This document shows positions 18,891 through 26,986 of a stretch of 64,000 bases of DNA, piece after piece. The translations under genes and the position numbers were made by a program. How positions within the stretch are numbered: position 1 is the stretch's first letter; every line of letters begins with the position of its first letter. The notes under the pieces are model-generated. The model was not told the DNA's origin. It saw only the letters and a program-made list of their open reading frames with translations, and ran no database searches. This DNA is from Bryobacterales bacterium. GTDB taxonomy: Bacteria > Acidobacteriota > Terriglobia > Bryobacterales > UBA6623. The stretch is from contig CBDBHC010000002.1 of NCBI GenBank assembly GCA_965205445.1, positions 306,463-370,462 of the forward strand, written 5' to 3'.

Positions 18891-19869
18891 TTGATCGCGT
18901 TAACTTGTTGTGGTTTCGGGGTTTCGCCTGTTCCGGCATAGGTCTCAACTTGTCACTGTTATGGAAACAGTCTGCATCGCATCGACGCCGAGCCGGTCGA
19001 ACGCCCGGCGCTGCAGCTCGGTCGGCTTGGTGGCGATGGTGATGGCGGTCATTGCCTGAGTCGGCAGGTGTTGGGATTCAGACTAATTCGTGAGAATCGG
19101 GTGATTTTGCAACGCTACAATTTCGCCAGTGGATCGGTTGGAAAGCGGAATAGTCCGAGGTTCCTGACGAGGGAGTTGCAGTTTTATCAGTAGGCTTCAC
19201 AATCCACCAGGTGTCCTGCTCTCTCTTGCAGAAGCGAATCTGTTTGAGAAAACTCCGCCAGCGGAGCAGAAATATTCTGAGAATTCTCAATCGGAATAAT
19301 GTGAGCGCCAACACCGAGTCTCCAGAAGCCTGAACCGCGCCAACTTACGCTTCGACCTCAGCAGGTTGGAGCCGAAGTGATCTTGCCGTCGATGGATCAC
19401 ATCTCGAATTCCGAGGTCGCCTCATGCCTCAATCTCAAGCCCCTCCATTCAACTGCAGAGGGGTGATGGTCGAAACCATAGAGCCCGAGTCTGCAATTGT
19501 TGCTTGGAAACCCAGGATTTTCATTTGGGCCATCCTTTTGGCAGCCTGTCGGGCTTACGGGCGCAGAGCGTCGCCGAGTGCGGTAGGGCGAGATCGCGCC
19601 GGAGTTCCGAGCGAGCCGGGGAATTCGCAATGGAACCGTCCCAGAGCTCGTGTGGTCCCGGGCGATCGCCGAGCCGGCCGCGCTTCCTCGGGTCGCAAGC
19701 TCCGAGCCATTCCGCCCTCGCAACGGGTTCTCGGCTGGCGAAGGGGCGGGCGCTAGCAAATGAAGGCGGACACTTCAAAATTGCTCAGTCCGGACACTAC
19801 AACTCTGACGTAACAGACTGGTTGGACTGGCCGACTGTATTGATAAGATTGGTCGTTTCCTTGATCGCC

Positions 19870-20436
19870 ATGATGGGGCTGCGGGACTGGCTTGACGAGT
19901 GCGTTTTGAAGTACGCCTTTCCCCTGTGTTGCCGGCTGCGAGCGGCGGCCATTCTGGCGGCGCTTGCCGTTCCGACTGCGGCGGAAGCGGCCGAATTGGA
20001 CATCCGCATTCTCGGCGGCGATGGGATCGGATTGGAGGACACTCCGCCCGAGGCGTGGCTCGCGGGTGTGGCCTTGGGCATCGAGACGGGAAGGCGGCTG
20101 CGCGTCAGTCTCGAGTTCGTGCACGGCCAGATCTACGGGTGGGACTACTACGAGCGCCGGAGGATTCTGATCACCCCCGTTTTCGAGTACAGATTCTGGC
20201 CGGAACGGCGCGTCCAGCCGTATCTGGGCGGCGGGGTCGGGCTCGCTCTGGGATTCAATCAGTGGCCCACCGGCGAGAACGAGGAGTTGGAGTGGGAATG
20301 GGGTCCCGGAATCACGGTGACGTGGGGCGGCGGCGTACGACTGTTCCTGACAGAACGCCTGTTCATCGCGCCCGATATACGGATGGGCTTCTACCCGTTT
20401 CTCCAGTCCACGGTTGGCATCGGATACCGGTTCTGA
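19870..20436 (+). CDS. Small outer-membrane beta-barrel protein (OmpW/porin-like)
   Basis: A signal-like 'RLRAAAILAALAVPTAAEA' is present, and the sequence alternates in an amphipathic pattern. The C-terminal 'STVGIGYRF' ends in aromatic-x-Phe, as is typical of OMP beta-signals. The start within ORF 19504..20436 is uncertain. Confidence 0.55.
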   Translation: MMGLRDWLDECVLKYAFPLCCRLRAAAILAALAVPTAAEAAELDIRILGGDGIGLEDTPPEAWLAGVALGIETGRRLRVSLEFVHGQIYGWDYYERRRILITPVFEYRFWPERRVQPYLGGGVGLALGFNQWPTGENEELEWEWGPGITVTWGGGVRLFLTERLFIAPDIRMGFYPFLQSTVGIGYRF

Positions 20437-20442
20437 CGAGCA

Positions 20443-21114
20443 ATGCGCGTTCGCTGGGCACCTCTCGCGCTTCTAGTGGCGGCGATGGCGCCGGCGCAGC
20501 AAACCGAGCCTCGCCTCGAACTCTACGGCCTGTCCGGATTCTATAGCACGGGCACCCGCTGGGCCCCCTTCCAGCCGCAGGCCGGGGCGGGAGTGCTGGT
20601 TCCCCTCGGCCGGGACTGGGCGGTGCTGGTCGACGCGACCGCGGACACCCGGCAGACCGATCTGATCAAGTTGCATGCGGACAGCTACCGCCGCGAGTTC
20701 TACGAGCGGAACCCCGAGGCCGTGGACGACGACGTGCGGCTGCGACGATATGCCACCCTCCGACCCTCGCTCGTTTGGATGTTAAGGCAGCACCGTTTCT
20801 CGGTCTATGTGGGCGCGGGGGTGGGTTTCGAGTGGTACCACGCCCGGAGCCGCTTCCGCGAGGTTTACCATGCCCACGACGACAGCGGTTTCCTCTACGA
20901 GGATGCCGAGGAAACCGTCCCGGTCCTCGTACGCGACGAGCGGCATACGGAGTGGGATTTCTGGGGCCGCACCACAGTCCTGATCGCCCGGTTCGGCGTC
21001 ATCACAGACCTGACACCCCGCATCACCGTCCGGGCGGGCTATTCCTGCCTCATGGACGACCCCGACAATTCGCTGGCCGGGGCGGTCGAGTTCGGGGTGG
21101 GGTTCCGCTTCTAG
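20443..21114 (+). CDS. Small outer-membrane beta-barrel protein
   Basis: The signal peptide is 'MRVRWAPLALLVAAMAPAQQ' and the C-terminal beta-signal is 'AVEFGVGFRF'. The gene starts 6 nt downstream of the previous OMP gene. Confidence 0.62.
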   Translation: MRVRWAPLALLVAAMAPAQQTEPRLELYGLSGFYSTGTRWAPFQPQAGAGVLVPLGRDWAVLVDATADTRQTDLIKLHADSYRREFYERNPEAVDDDVRLRRYATLRPSLVWMLRQHRFSVYVGAGVGFEWYHARSRFREVYHAHDDSGFLYEDAEETVPVLVRDERHTEWDFWGRTTVLIARFGVITDLTPRITVRAGYSCLMDDPDNSLAGAVEFGVGFRF

Positions 21115-22080
21115 CAAGCTCGGCGGAGGGGCGCGACAGTGATCTGTCGGGGACCCAGAGGATCTCCGGCCGCCGGTCGAAGATCACTGCCATTCTCTGG
21201 CGAGCGGTCTGACGCGTCCCTCGGCTGTATCGAGTTGAGGATCCTACTATGGGTGAGTCGCGGTGTGAGCGTGGCAGGGCAGCGCGCGGATAATGGTGCT
21301 TGACGCGCGCTGCAATCCTACCCGCATGCCGCGTTCGGTCCTTCCCGCCGGCACGCTGACCCTATTCGTGCTCAGCTGGCCAGCGGCGAGAGGGGTCGTC
21401 ACCGGCTTCGTCGCCGACGAGGCCTAGATGCGCTCCGGCAAGGGCGCCGCGCCACACTGCGCCAGGCGCTGCATCGCGACCGGCTCCACTGCGGTACTGC
21501 TAGCCCGGACCGGGAAGGTCAACCGCGTCGACAACCAGGAACGTATCTGCTCGCTAGCGGGGTCGGGACTAAGCGCACATTGACCGGGGAACGCTCGTCG
21601 GAACGCCCTGTACAGCGCCCTTGAACGCCATTTTTTGTGGGCTTGAAGGCTTCGTGAATTGCCTCGATTTGCGACAAAGCAACTGTCAACTTCCAGCGCG
21701 GTCCGTTGCCGAAGTAACAGTTCGGGATAGGGCGGCCATACGGGATGCGGCGCAGGCAAGAGGCCATTGCCCACGAACCGCACCTCATGGGTGCACTCGT
21801 ACCGAGACGCGTGCACTCCGGAGGTTTGTGCATGGCAGAACCAACCATGTGTCGTTCGGTTTCCTGCCATCGGAAACCGCTATCCTTGCACCCGGGGAGC
21901 GTCACCTCAGCGGCTGCTGCGCACTGTTCCGGGAGGTGGAGAGGCGGTCGCCGTCAATGGGCTTTAGACTGAAACTATCTCTGGATTGGGCGATTGCGGA
22001 CGGTGACCCAAGTGAATCAGACGTCCTAGCAGCGGACACCTGCAAAGCAGTAAAAACAAGGTTTGAGGAGAGGAACTACC

Positions 22081-22689
22081 ATGATCAAAGCGCGAATTCT
22101 AGTTACAACGCTGTTGTGCTTCGGGATCTCCTTCAGTCAGGAGACTAACGTGACTGACAACGATGGAGCGCCGGAACTCCTATTCGGGGGAATCGAGGCG
22201 CTCCGGGCGGAGATTGGCCTGAACGAAAGGCAGCTCCAGAGGCTGAGGGAAATCGATTTCGCGCGCGAGGACGCGCTCTTTCCCTACGCTCAAGAGACGT
22301 TCGAGAAGGAATGGGCCTTACGGCGCGAATTGCGCGGCGAACAACCCAACGAGCAAGTGCTCCGGATGATCGGCGAGGATCTGGAACGGATCCATCGCGA
22401 GATCGAGCGGGTGAATTCCGAGTATCGGGTGGCAGCGCGCGCACTCCTGAGTTCTCACCAGAACGCCGCCTTGGATCGACTTGCGAGGGCCTTCGAGTCG
22501 GTGCAAGCTGCCCAGGAAGCCATTCGGGTCAATCTCATCGAACCGCCGCCAGGCTTCCCGATTGGTCTGTTGCCCTTCGGTCCCTTCGGTCTCGGCGGCT
22601 TCGGCCTGTTCGGCGGGCTCTTTGGGTTCCTTGCCGAGCAGCCCAGCACCTTGGAAACGGCCATGGAAAGGATCGGTGAAGGCCGCTAG
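22081..22689 (+). CDS. Periplasmic Spy/CpxP-like (LTXXQ-type) helical protein with a Gly/Phe/Pro-rich tail
   Basis: ATG at 22081 follows GAGGAGAGG. The signal peptide is 'MIKARILVTTLLCFGISFSQE'. Helical 'LNERQLQRLREI' and 'LSSHQNAALDRL' repeats are present. The tail reads 'PPPGFPIGLLPFGPFGLGGFGLFGGLFGF'. Confidence 0.55.
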   Translation: MIKARILVTTLLCFGISFSQETNVTDNDGAPELLFGGIEALRAEIGLNERQLQRLREIDFAREDALFPYAQETFEKEWALRRELRGEQPNEQVLRMIGEDLERIHREIERVNSEYRVAARALLSSHQNAALDRLARAFESVQAAQEAIRVNLIEPPPGFPIGLLPFGPFGLGGFGLFGGLFGFLAEQPSTLETAMERIGEGR

Positions 22690-22814
22690 GCGCTCCGCTG
22701 GCGCGAATTCCGCGGAATCGGCCATCGATTCGGCAGGCCGGCTACTGCTCGGGAGGATGCACCCTCATGGAAGGGATTGATCCCGGTCGCGAGCGACACT
22801 CTCCCGGGGCAGGC

Positions 22815-25652
22815 ATGCGGGACTTCACAAGGAATCCTTGGGTGCTCGGCGCCAGCCGATTGGTCACAGGCTTCGATTGGTCCGTCAGGCGATTTGGAGC
22901 GAGCAGCCGGCAGGCGGTTGATCGACCGGTTCCCTCTGCGCCATCAGTGATTGCCGGTCTGGCAGCCATGCTTTGCATTCCCGGCCTCGCGGCGCAATGC
23001 CTGGAGGTGAGAGTCCTTGACCCGGCTTCGACTCCAGTGCCCACCGCATTCGTCTCGACCGGCAGCAGGGAGATTCCGGTCGGCAGCGACGGAGTCGTGT
23101 TGATCTGCGACTTGGGCGACGGGCCGCACTCCCTGCTGATCACGGCGCCTGGATTCAATGCCGTGCAACTGACGGTCGATGGGCCGCCGGGAAGTGTGGA
23201 GGTCGTACTGGAAATCGAGACGCTGACGCAGGACTTGGTGGTCGTTGGAAGTCGCGCCGAAGCCAGGGCGGTCACGGAATCGATCGTCCCTGTCGACCTC
23301 CTTCCCGCTTCCGAGTTCGCTGAGCAGGGCGATCCGGACGTCCTCAACCAGCTCCGAAACGTCGTGCCGTCGTTCAACGTGAACGTTCAGCCGATCAGCG
23401 GCGGCGCGATGATCGTCCGCCCGGCGAACCTGCGCAACCTCGCACCGGACCATGTTCTGGTGCTGGTCAACGGAAAGCGTCGCCACCGGGCCGCACTGAT
23501 TGCCTGGCACGGCAACGGCGTATCGGACGGATCACAGGGCCCGGACATCTCGCCGATTCCTTCGATCGCTCTGCGACAGGTCGAGGTCCTCCGCGACGGC
23601 GCGTCCGCCCAGTATGGATCCGACGCCATTGCAGGAGTAATGAACTTCACGCTCAAGGACAGCCCGAGAGGCGGCTCCTTCGAGATTCGCACCGGTCAGT
23701 TCTACGAGGGCGACGGAAACCGCCTGGTGGTGGCCGGCAACGTCGGACTGCCGCTGGGCGAGGGCGGGTTTGCCAATCTTAGCCTCGAATACGGCAATGC
23801 AGAACCGACCAGCCGCAGCGTCCAGCGCGACGACGCGGCCGCACTGATCGCTGCCGGCAACCAGCACGTCCGCACTCCAGTCGTCCAGGTCTGGGGCTCG
23901 CCGGAGTTGAAGGACGACGTGAAGTTCTTCGGCAACTTCGGCAAGCTCCTCGGCGAATCGACCCAGGCCTACGGGCACACGAGCTATTCGAGCCGGAAGG
24001 CAACTGGCGGGTTCTTTTTCCGGAATCCGAATACCAGGGCCGGCGTGTACAGTATTGACCGCGGCAGGACGCTCCTGGTGGGCGACGCGCTCGATGCGCA
24101 AGATGGCATCTTCGACGGCTCGGCGAACTGCCCCGAGGTCCCGATCGTTGACCATGTGCCGAACGAAGCCGGGCTCGCCCGTGTGCTCGCTGACCCCAAT
24201 TGCTTCACGTTCCGGGAACTCTATCCAGGCGGCTTCACGCCGCAATTCGGCGGCTATTACACCGACAGCTCGCTCGTTGGCGGACTGCGAGGCCAGTTTG
24301 CCAGCGGGATCACATGGGACGCGAGCGTCGGGCTGGGATCGAGCGAAGTTGACTTTTTCATCTTTGACACGGTCAATGCGTCACTCGGCCCGGAGTCTCC
24401 GACGGCGTTCAGGCCGGGAATCTACCGCCAGGAAGAGTTCACCCTCAACCTCGACTTCGCCTACGCCGCAAGTGAAGTGATTCACCTGGCCGCGGGCGGG
24501 GAGTTCCGGAATGAGGAATTCACGATCGTGCAGGGCGATCAGCCCTCCTGGGAGCTCGGGCCATACCTTCGTCAGGGATTCAGTGCGGGATCGAACGGGT
24601 TCGCCGGCTTCAGCCCGCTCGCGGCTGGTAGCTGGGACCGGCCCAACGGCGCCGTGTATGGCGATATCGAGATCTCGGATGCACTGGACAGGTATACCCT
24701 TGACGGCGCGATCCGCGCCGAGCGGTTCGCTGGGTTCGGTGGAACGGTCAACGGCAAGATCGCGGGTCGCGTCGAGCTGGGCAGGGGGCTCGCGTTGCGG
24801 ACCAGCTGGAGCACCGGGTTCCGTGCGCCGACGCCCGGGCAGCAGAATGCCTACAACCTCTCATCGCAATGGGATCCGGATCTGATGGACCTGGTCAACG
24901 TCGGCACGATCCCGTCGACCACCGCGGTCGCGGCTCTCCGGGGCGGCAAGGCTCTCGAACCGGAGACGTCCGTCAACTTCACCGTCGGCGCAGTGGCGCA
25001 GGCCGGTGCGCTGTCGCTGACGTCTGACTATTTCCGCATCGCAATTAGCGACCGGCTGGCTCTGGCCAGCGATTTCGTCTTGACGACAGACGAGGTGCGT
25101 GACCTCCTTGCCGAGGGGGTGACCAGCGCGAGGAACCTGAATGAATTCCGGTTTTTCACGAACGACTTCGACACGCTGACGCAAGGAATCGACATTGTGG
25201 CCACGCTGGTTCCGGCACCGCAGACAGAGGTCACGTTTCTCTTCAACCGAACGGACACCACGGTCGTCCAATTCAACCCGGAGATCGTGTCCGCTCTTCG
25301 CATCAAGCAGCTCCAGGAGAGTCTCCCGAAGACCCGTTGGAATGCGGCCTTGAGCCGGGAGTTCGGGCGCTTCAGCGTGCTTGCCCGCGTGAGCTACTAC
25401 GGCGGGTGGTTCGACGACGACGACAACCAGAACTACACAGGCAAGCATCTAGCGGACTTCGAATTCTCATTCAAGCTTCGTCCCGACTTGAAGCTCGCCG
25501 CAGGCGCACAGAACGCGTTCAACACGTTCACCGACCGGAGCAGGCTCGGGTCTGCGGGGCCGGGAAACCTCTACAGCCAGTTCTCTCCGTACGGATTCGA
25601 CGGGGGTTACTACTACCTTCGCCTCAACTACAGCTGGGGCACGACCTTTTGA
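22815..25652 (+). CDS. TonB-dependent receptor with an N-terminal carboxypeptidase-regulatory-like domain
   Basis: 'LEVRVLDPASTPVPTAFV' marks the CarbopepD_reg-like domain. The plug motifs are 'LRNLAPDHVLVLVNGKR' and 'IALRQVEVLRDGASAQYGSDAIAGVMNF'. The C-terminal 'YYLRLNYSWGTTF' ends in a terminal Phe. The start is uncertain (the ORF is open from 22767). Confidence 0.9.
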   Translation: MRDFTRNPWVLGASRLVTGFDWSVRRFGASSRQAVDRPVPSAPSVIAGLAAMLCIPGLAAQCLEVRVLDPASTPVPTAFVSTGSREIPVGSDGVVLICDLGDGPHSLLITAPGFNAVQLTVDGPPGSVEVVLEIETLTQDLVVVGSRAEARAVTESIVPVDLLPASEFAEQGDPDVLNQLRNVVPSFNVNVQPISGGAMIVRPANLRNLAPDHVLVLVNGKRRHRAALIAWHGNGVSDGSQGPDISPIPSIALRQVEVLRDGASAQYGSDAIAGVMNFTLKDSPRGGSFEIRTGQFYEGDGNRLVVAGNVGLPLGEGGFANLSLEYGNAEPTSRSVQRDDAAALIAAGNQHVRTPVVQVWGSPELKDDVKFFGNFGKLLGESTQAYGHTSYSSRKATGGFFFRNPNTRAGVYSIDRGRTLLVGDALDAQDGIFDGSANCPEVPIVDHVPNEAGLARVLADPNCFTFRELYPGGFTPQFGGYYTDSSLVGGLRGQFASGITWDASVGLGSSEVDFFIFDTVNASLGPESPTAFRPGIYRQEEFTLNLDFAYAASEVIHLAAGGEFRNEEFTIVQGDQPSWELGPYLRQGFSAGSNGFAGFSPLAAGSWDRPNGAVYGDIEISDALDRYTLDGAIRAERFAGFGGTVNGKIAGRVELGRGLALRTSWSTGFRAPTPGQQNAYNLSSQWDPDLMDLVNVGTIPSTTAVAALRGGKALEPETSVNFTVGAVAQAGALSLTSDYFRIAISDRLALASDFVLTTDEVRDLLAEGVTSARNLNEFRFFTNDFDTLTQGIDIVATLVPAPQTEVTFLFNRTDTTVVQFNPEIVSALRIKQLQESLPKTRWNAALSREFGRFSVLARVSYYGGWFDDDDNQNYTGKHLADFEFSFKLRPDLKLAAGAQNAFNTFTDRSRLGSAGPGNLYSQFSPYGFDGGYYYLRLNYSWGTTF

Positions 25653-25899
25653 TCCGAAAGGGTGGCGTGCTGGCAAGCGTAGGGGCGCAGGTGAGCTTCC
25701 GCGTCTTCATCGAACGCGGTTCGATTCCGGCACATTCGATTCCACCCTCGTGGGCCCAACCCCGGTCTTCTCGGCCGGGATGCCGGCATGCACGAAGCGG
25801 ATTCTCGGACTCATCAGACCAAAGGAACGTCGCTCGGAGCTTCCCACGAGGCCGGCGACGGCGAAGATTCAATCTGCGTTGGCAACATCCGAATTCGAG

Positions 25900-26397
25900 T
25901 TACCAGGAGATTCTCACCCCTTGAGAGCCGTCGGGGAGACTCTCGCTTGGCGAATTCCACGATTCGCGCCATTCCCGTGCAGACGCTCGTGATTTCTCGT
26001 CAGCCTTTACCCACCATGCATCGCATTCCGGTCGGACGCAGCTTGCCTTCCGAATCTCCCCGGGCGCGCCGCGCCGCAAGCACCCGAACGAACTCATTGC
26101 CTCAACTAAGAAGACGGCCCCCTCTTGAATTAGCGTAGACCTCGTCGTGCGCACGTCCAGCTCGCCGGACTTCTCCTTAATCCAGCGCAGACGCCACTCT
26201 ACGTGTTCGGGGTCCGCAGGGCGTTCGTCCTGTTCCGCTCTCAACGTCAGGAACAATGCGCGGATCAGTCCGCCCCAGCCCGCCCGTCCGGCCCAGAGGC
26301 GCATTGCGTACTCATCGTTCATAGCCTCCATTAGCAGCACTACCTCCCTGCCGCAGTGGTTCTCCAGCTGGCCGTAATTCCTCCAATCGTACGTGTC
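25900..26397 (-). CDS. Hypothetical protein, or the distal part of a TGA-interrupted 324-codon frame
   Basis: This ORF is in the same reading frame as 26398..26871 and begins directly after that ORF's TGA. Possible independent starts are GTG at 26340 and ATG at 26331. Third-codon positions are mostly G/C by eye. No family was recognised. Confidence 0.35.
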   Translation of the reverse strand, partial: DTYDWRNYGQLENHCGREVVLLMEAMNDEYAMRLWAGRAGWGGLIRALFLTLRAEQDERPADPEHVEWRLRWIKEKSGELDVRTTRSTLIQEGAVFLVEAMSSFGCLRRGAPGEIRKASCVRPECDAWWVKADEKSRASAREWRESWNSPSESLPDGSQGVRISW

Positions 26398-26871
26398 TCA
26401 ATCGGGTCCACCGGTCCTGCTGCGAATACCCTGCGTCCACTGCCCTGGCGATACCATCCTTGGAGCACGTTTCCCGCTCGGCTCTGGCCAGTTCTTGGCA
26501 AGGCGCACCGACTGCGAGCCCCGACACAGTCTGCATCGGCAGCCGACCGGCCGCAAGCGTGCGTCTCCTACGGGATCACCCTTGCCGCCGCACAGTTCAC
26601 ACGGCTTGGCACTGAGGGCCCGCGCTGCCATGGGGAGCCCTGCGGATGAATCCGGAGGGTCGGCAACCTCGAAAAGCAGACGACCCGCTTGAACGGTTAC
26701 GGCCCGAAGGTCCCGTTCGTCCTCGTCAAGGCACCTCGCTTCCCCGGTAAGGTTCGAAGCGGGTTCCACGATCGTGGCCCATCCCGGAAGAACCGAAGCG
26801 TCGTGTGGCTGGTCGGTGGTGACTGCCGATGGTCCCATGGCCGCAGCATAGGGCCGAGCCGGCATCTGCAA
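26398..26871 (-). CDS. Hypothetical protein with a Cys-rich segment, divergent from the primase-helicase gene
   Basis: A 157-aa ORF starts 115 bp from the divergent gene at 26987. It contains 'KPCELCGGKGDPVGDARLRPVGCRCRLC', a possible zinc ribbon. No family was recognised. Confidence 0.35.
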   Translation of the reverse strand: MQMPARPYAAAMGPSAVTTDQPHDASVLPGWATIVEPASNLTGEARCLDEDERDLRAVTVQAGRLLFEVADPPDSSAGLPMAARALSAKPCELCGGKGDPVGDARLRPVGCRCRLCRGSQSVRLAKNWPEPSGKRAPRMVSPGQWTQGIRSRTGGPD

Positions 26872-26986
26872 GCTTCAGAGCAGAGAGGTTTGGTGCGTGA
26901 CACGAGGCAACTCTCATCCCAAGTGTCGTCTGCCTTACAATCCACAGTGCTCAGTAGCTGGGCTGTAGACCGGAGAGCTGACTCGG

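Noticed and set aside
19078-19314. The 78-aa minus-strand ORF in the low-GC gap, considered as a real gene.
   Set aside because: It has no start context and a hydrophobic/Arg-rich odd composition. No family was recognised. It is treated only as part of a possible decayed insertion.
25699-25750. tRNA/tmRNA-like T-loop strings 'GGTTCGATTCC' and 'ATTCGATTCCACC' just after the TBDR stop, which could have marked an integration (att) site at the island border.
   Set aside because: I could not fold a cloverleaf. No acceptor or T-stem pairing surrounds either TTCGATT. The first string is simply the 3' flank of a 6-bp hairpin (CCGCGT/ACGCGG, 25699-25719) that is more plausibly a weak terminator. No matching repeat was seen at the other island border.
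26398-26400. The in-frame TGA interpreted as a selenocysteine codon.
   Set aside because: I saw no recognisable SECIS-like stem-loop immediately downstream, no redox-type Cys/Sec motif context ('GGPD*DTYD'), and no sel genes in the window. A nonsense mutation or two separate genes is more parsimonious. The in-frame arrangement itself is kept as a finding.
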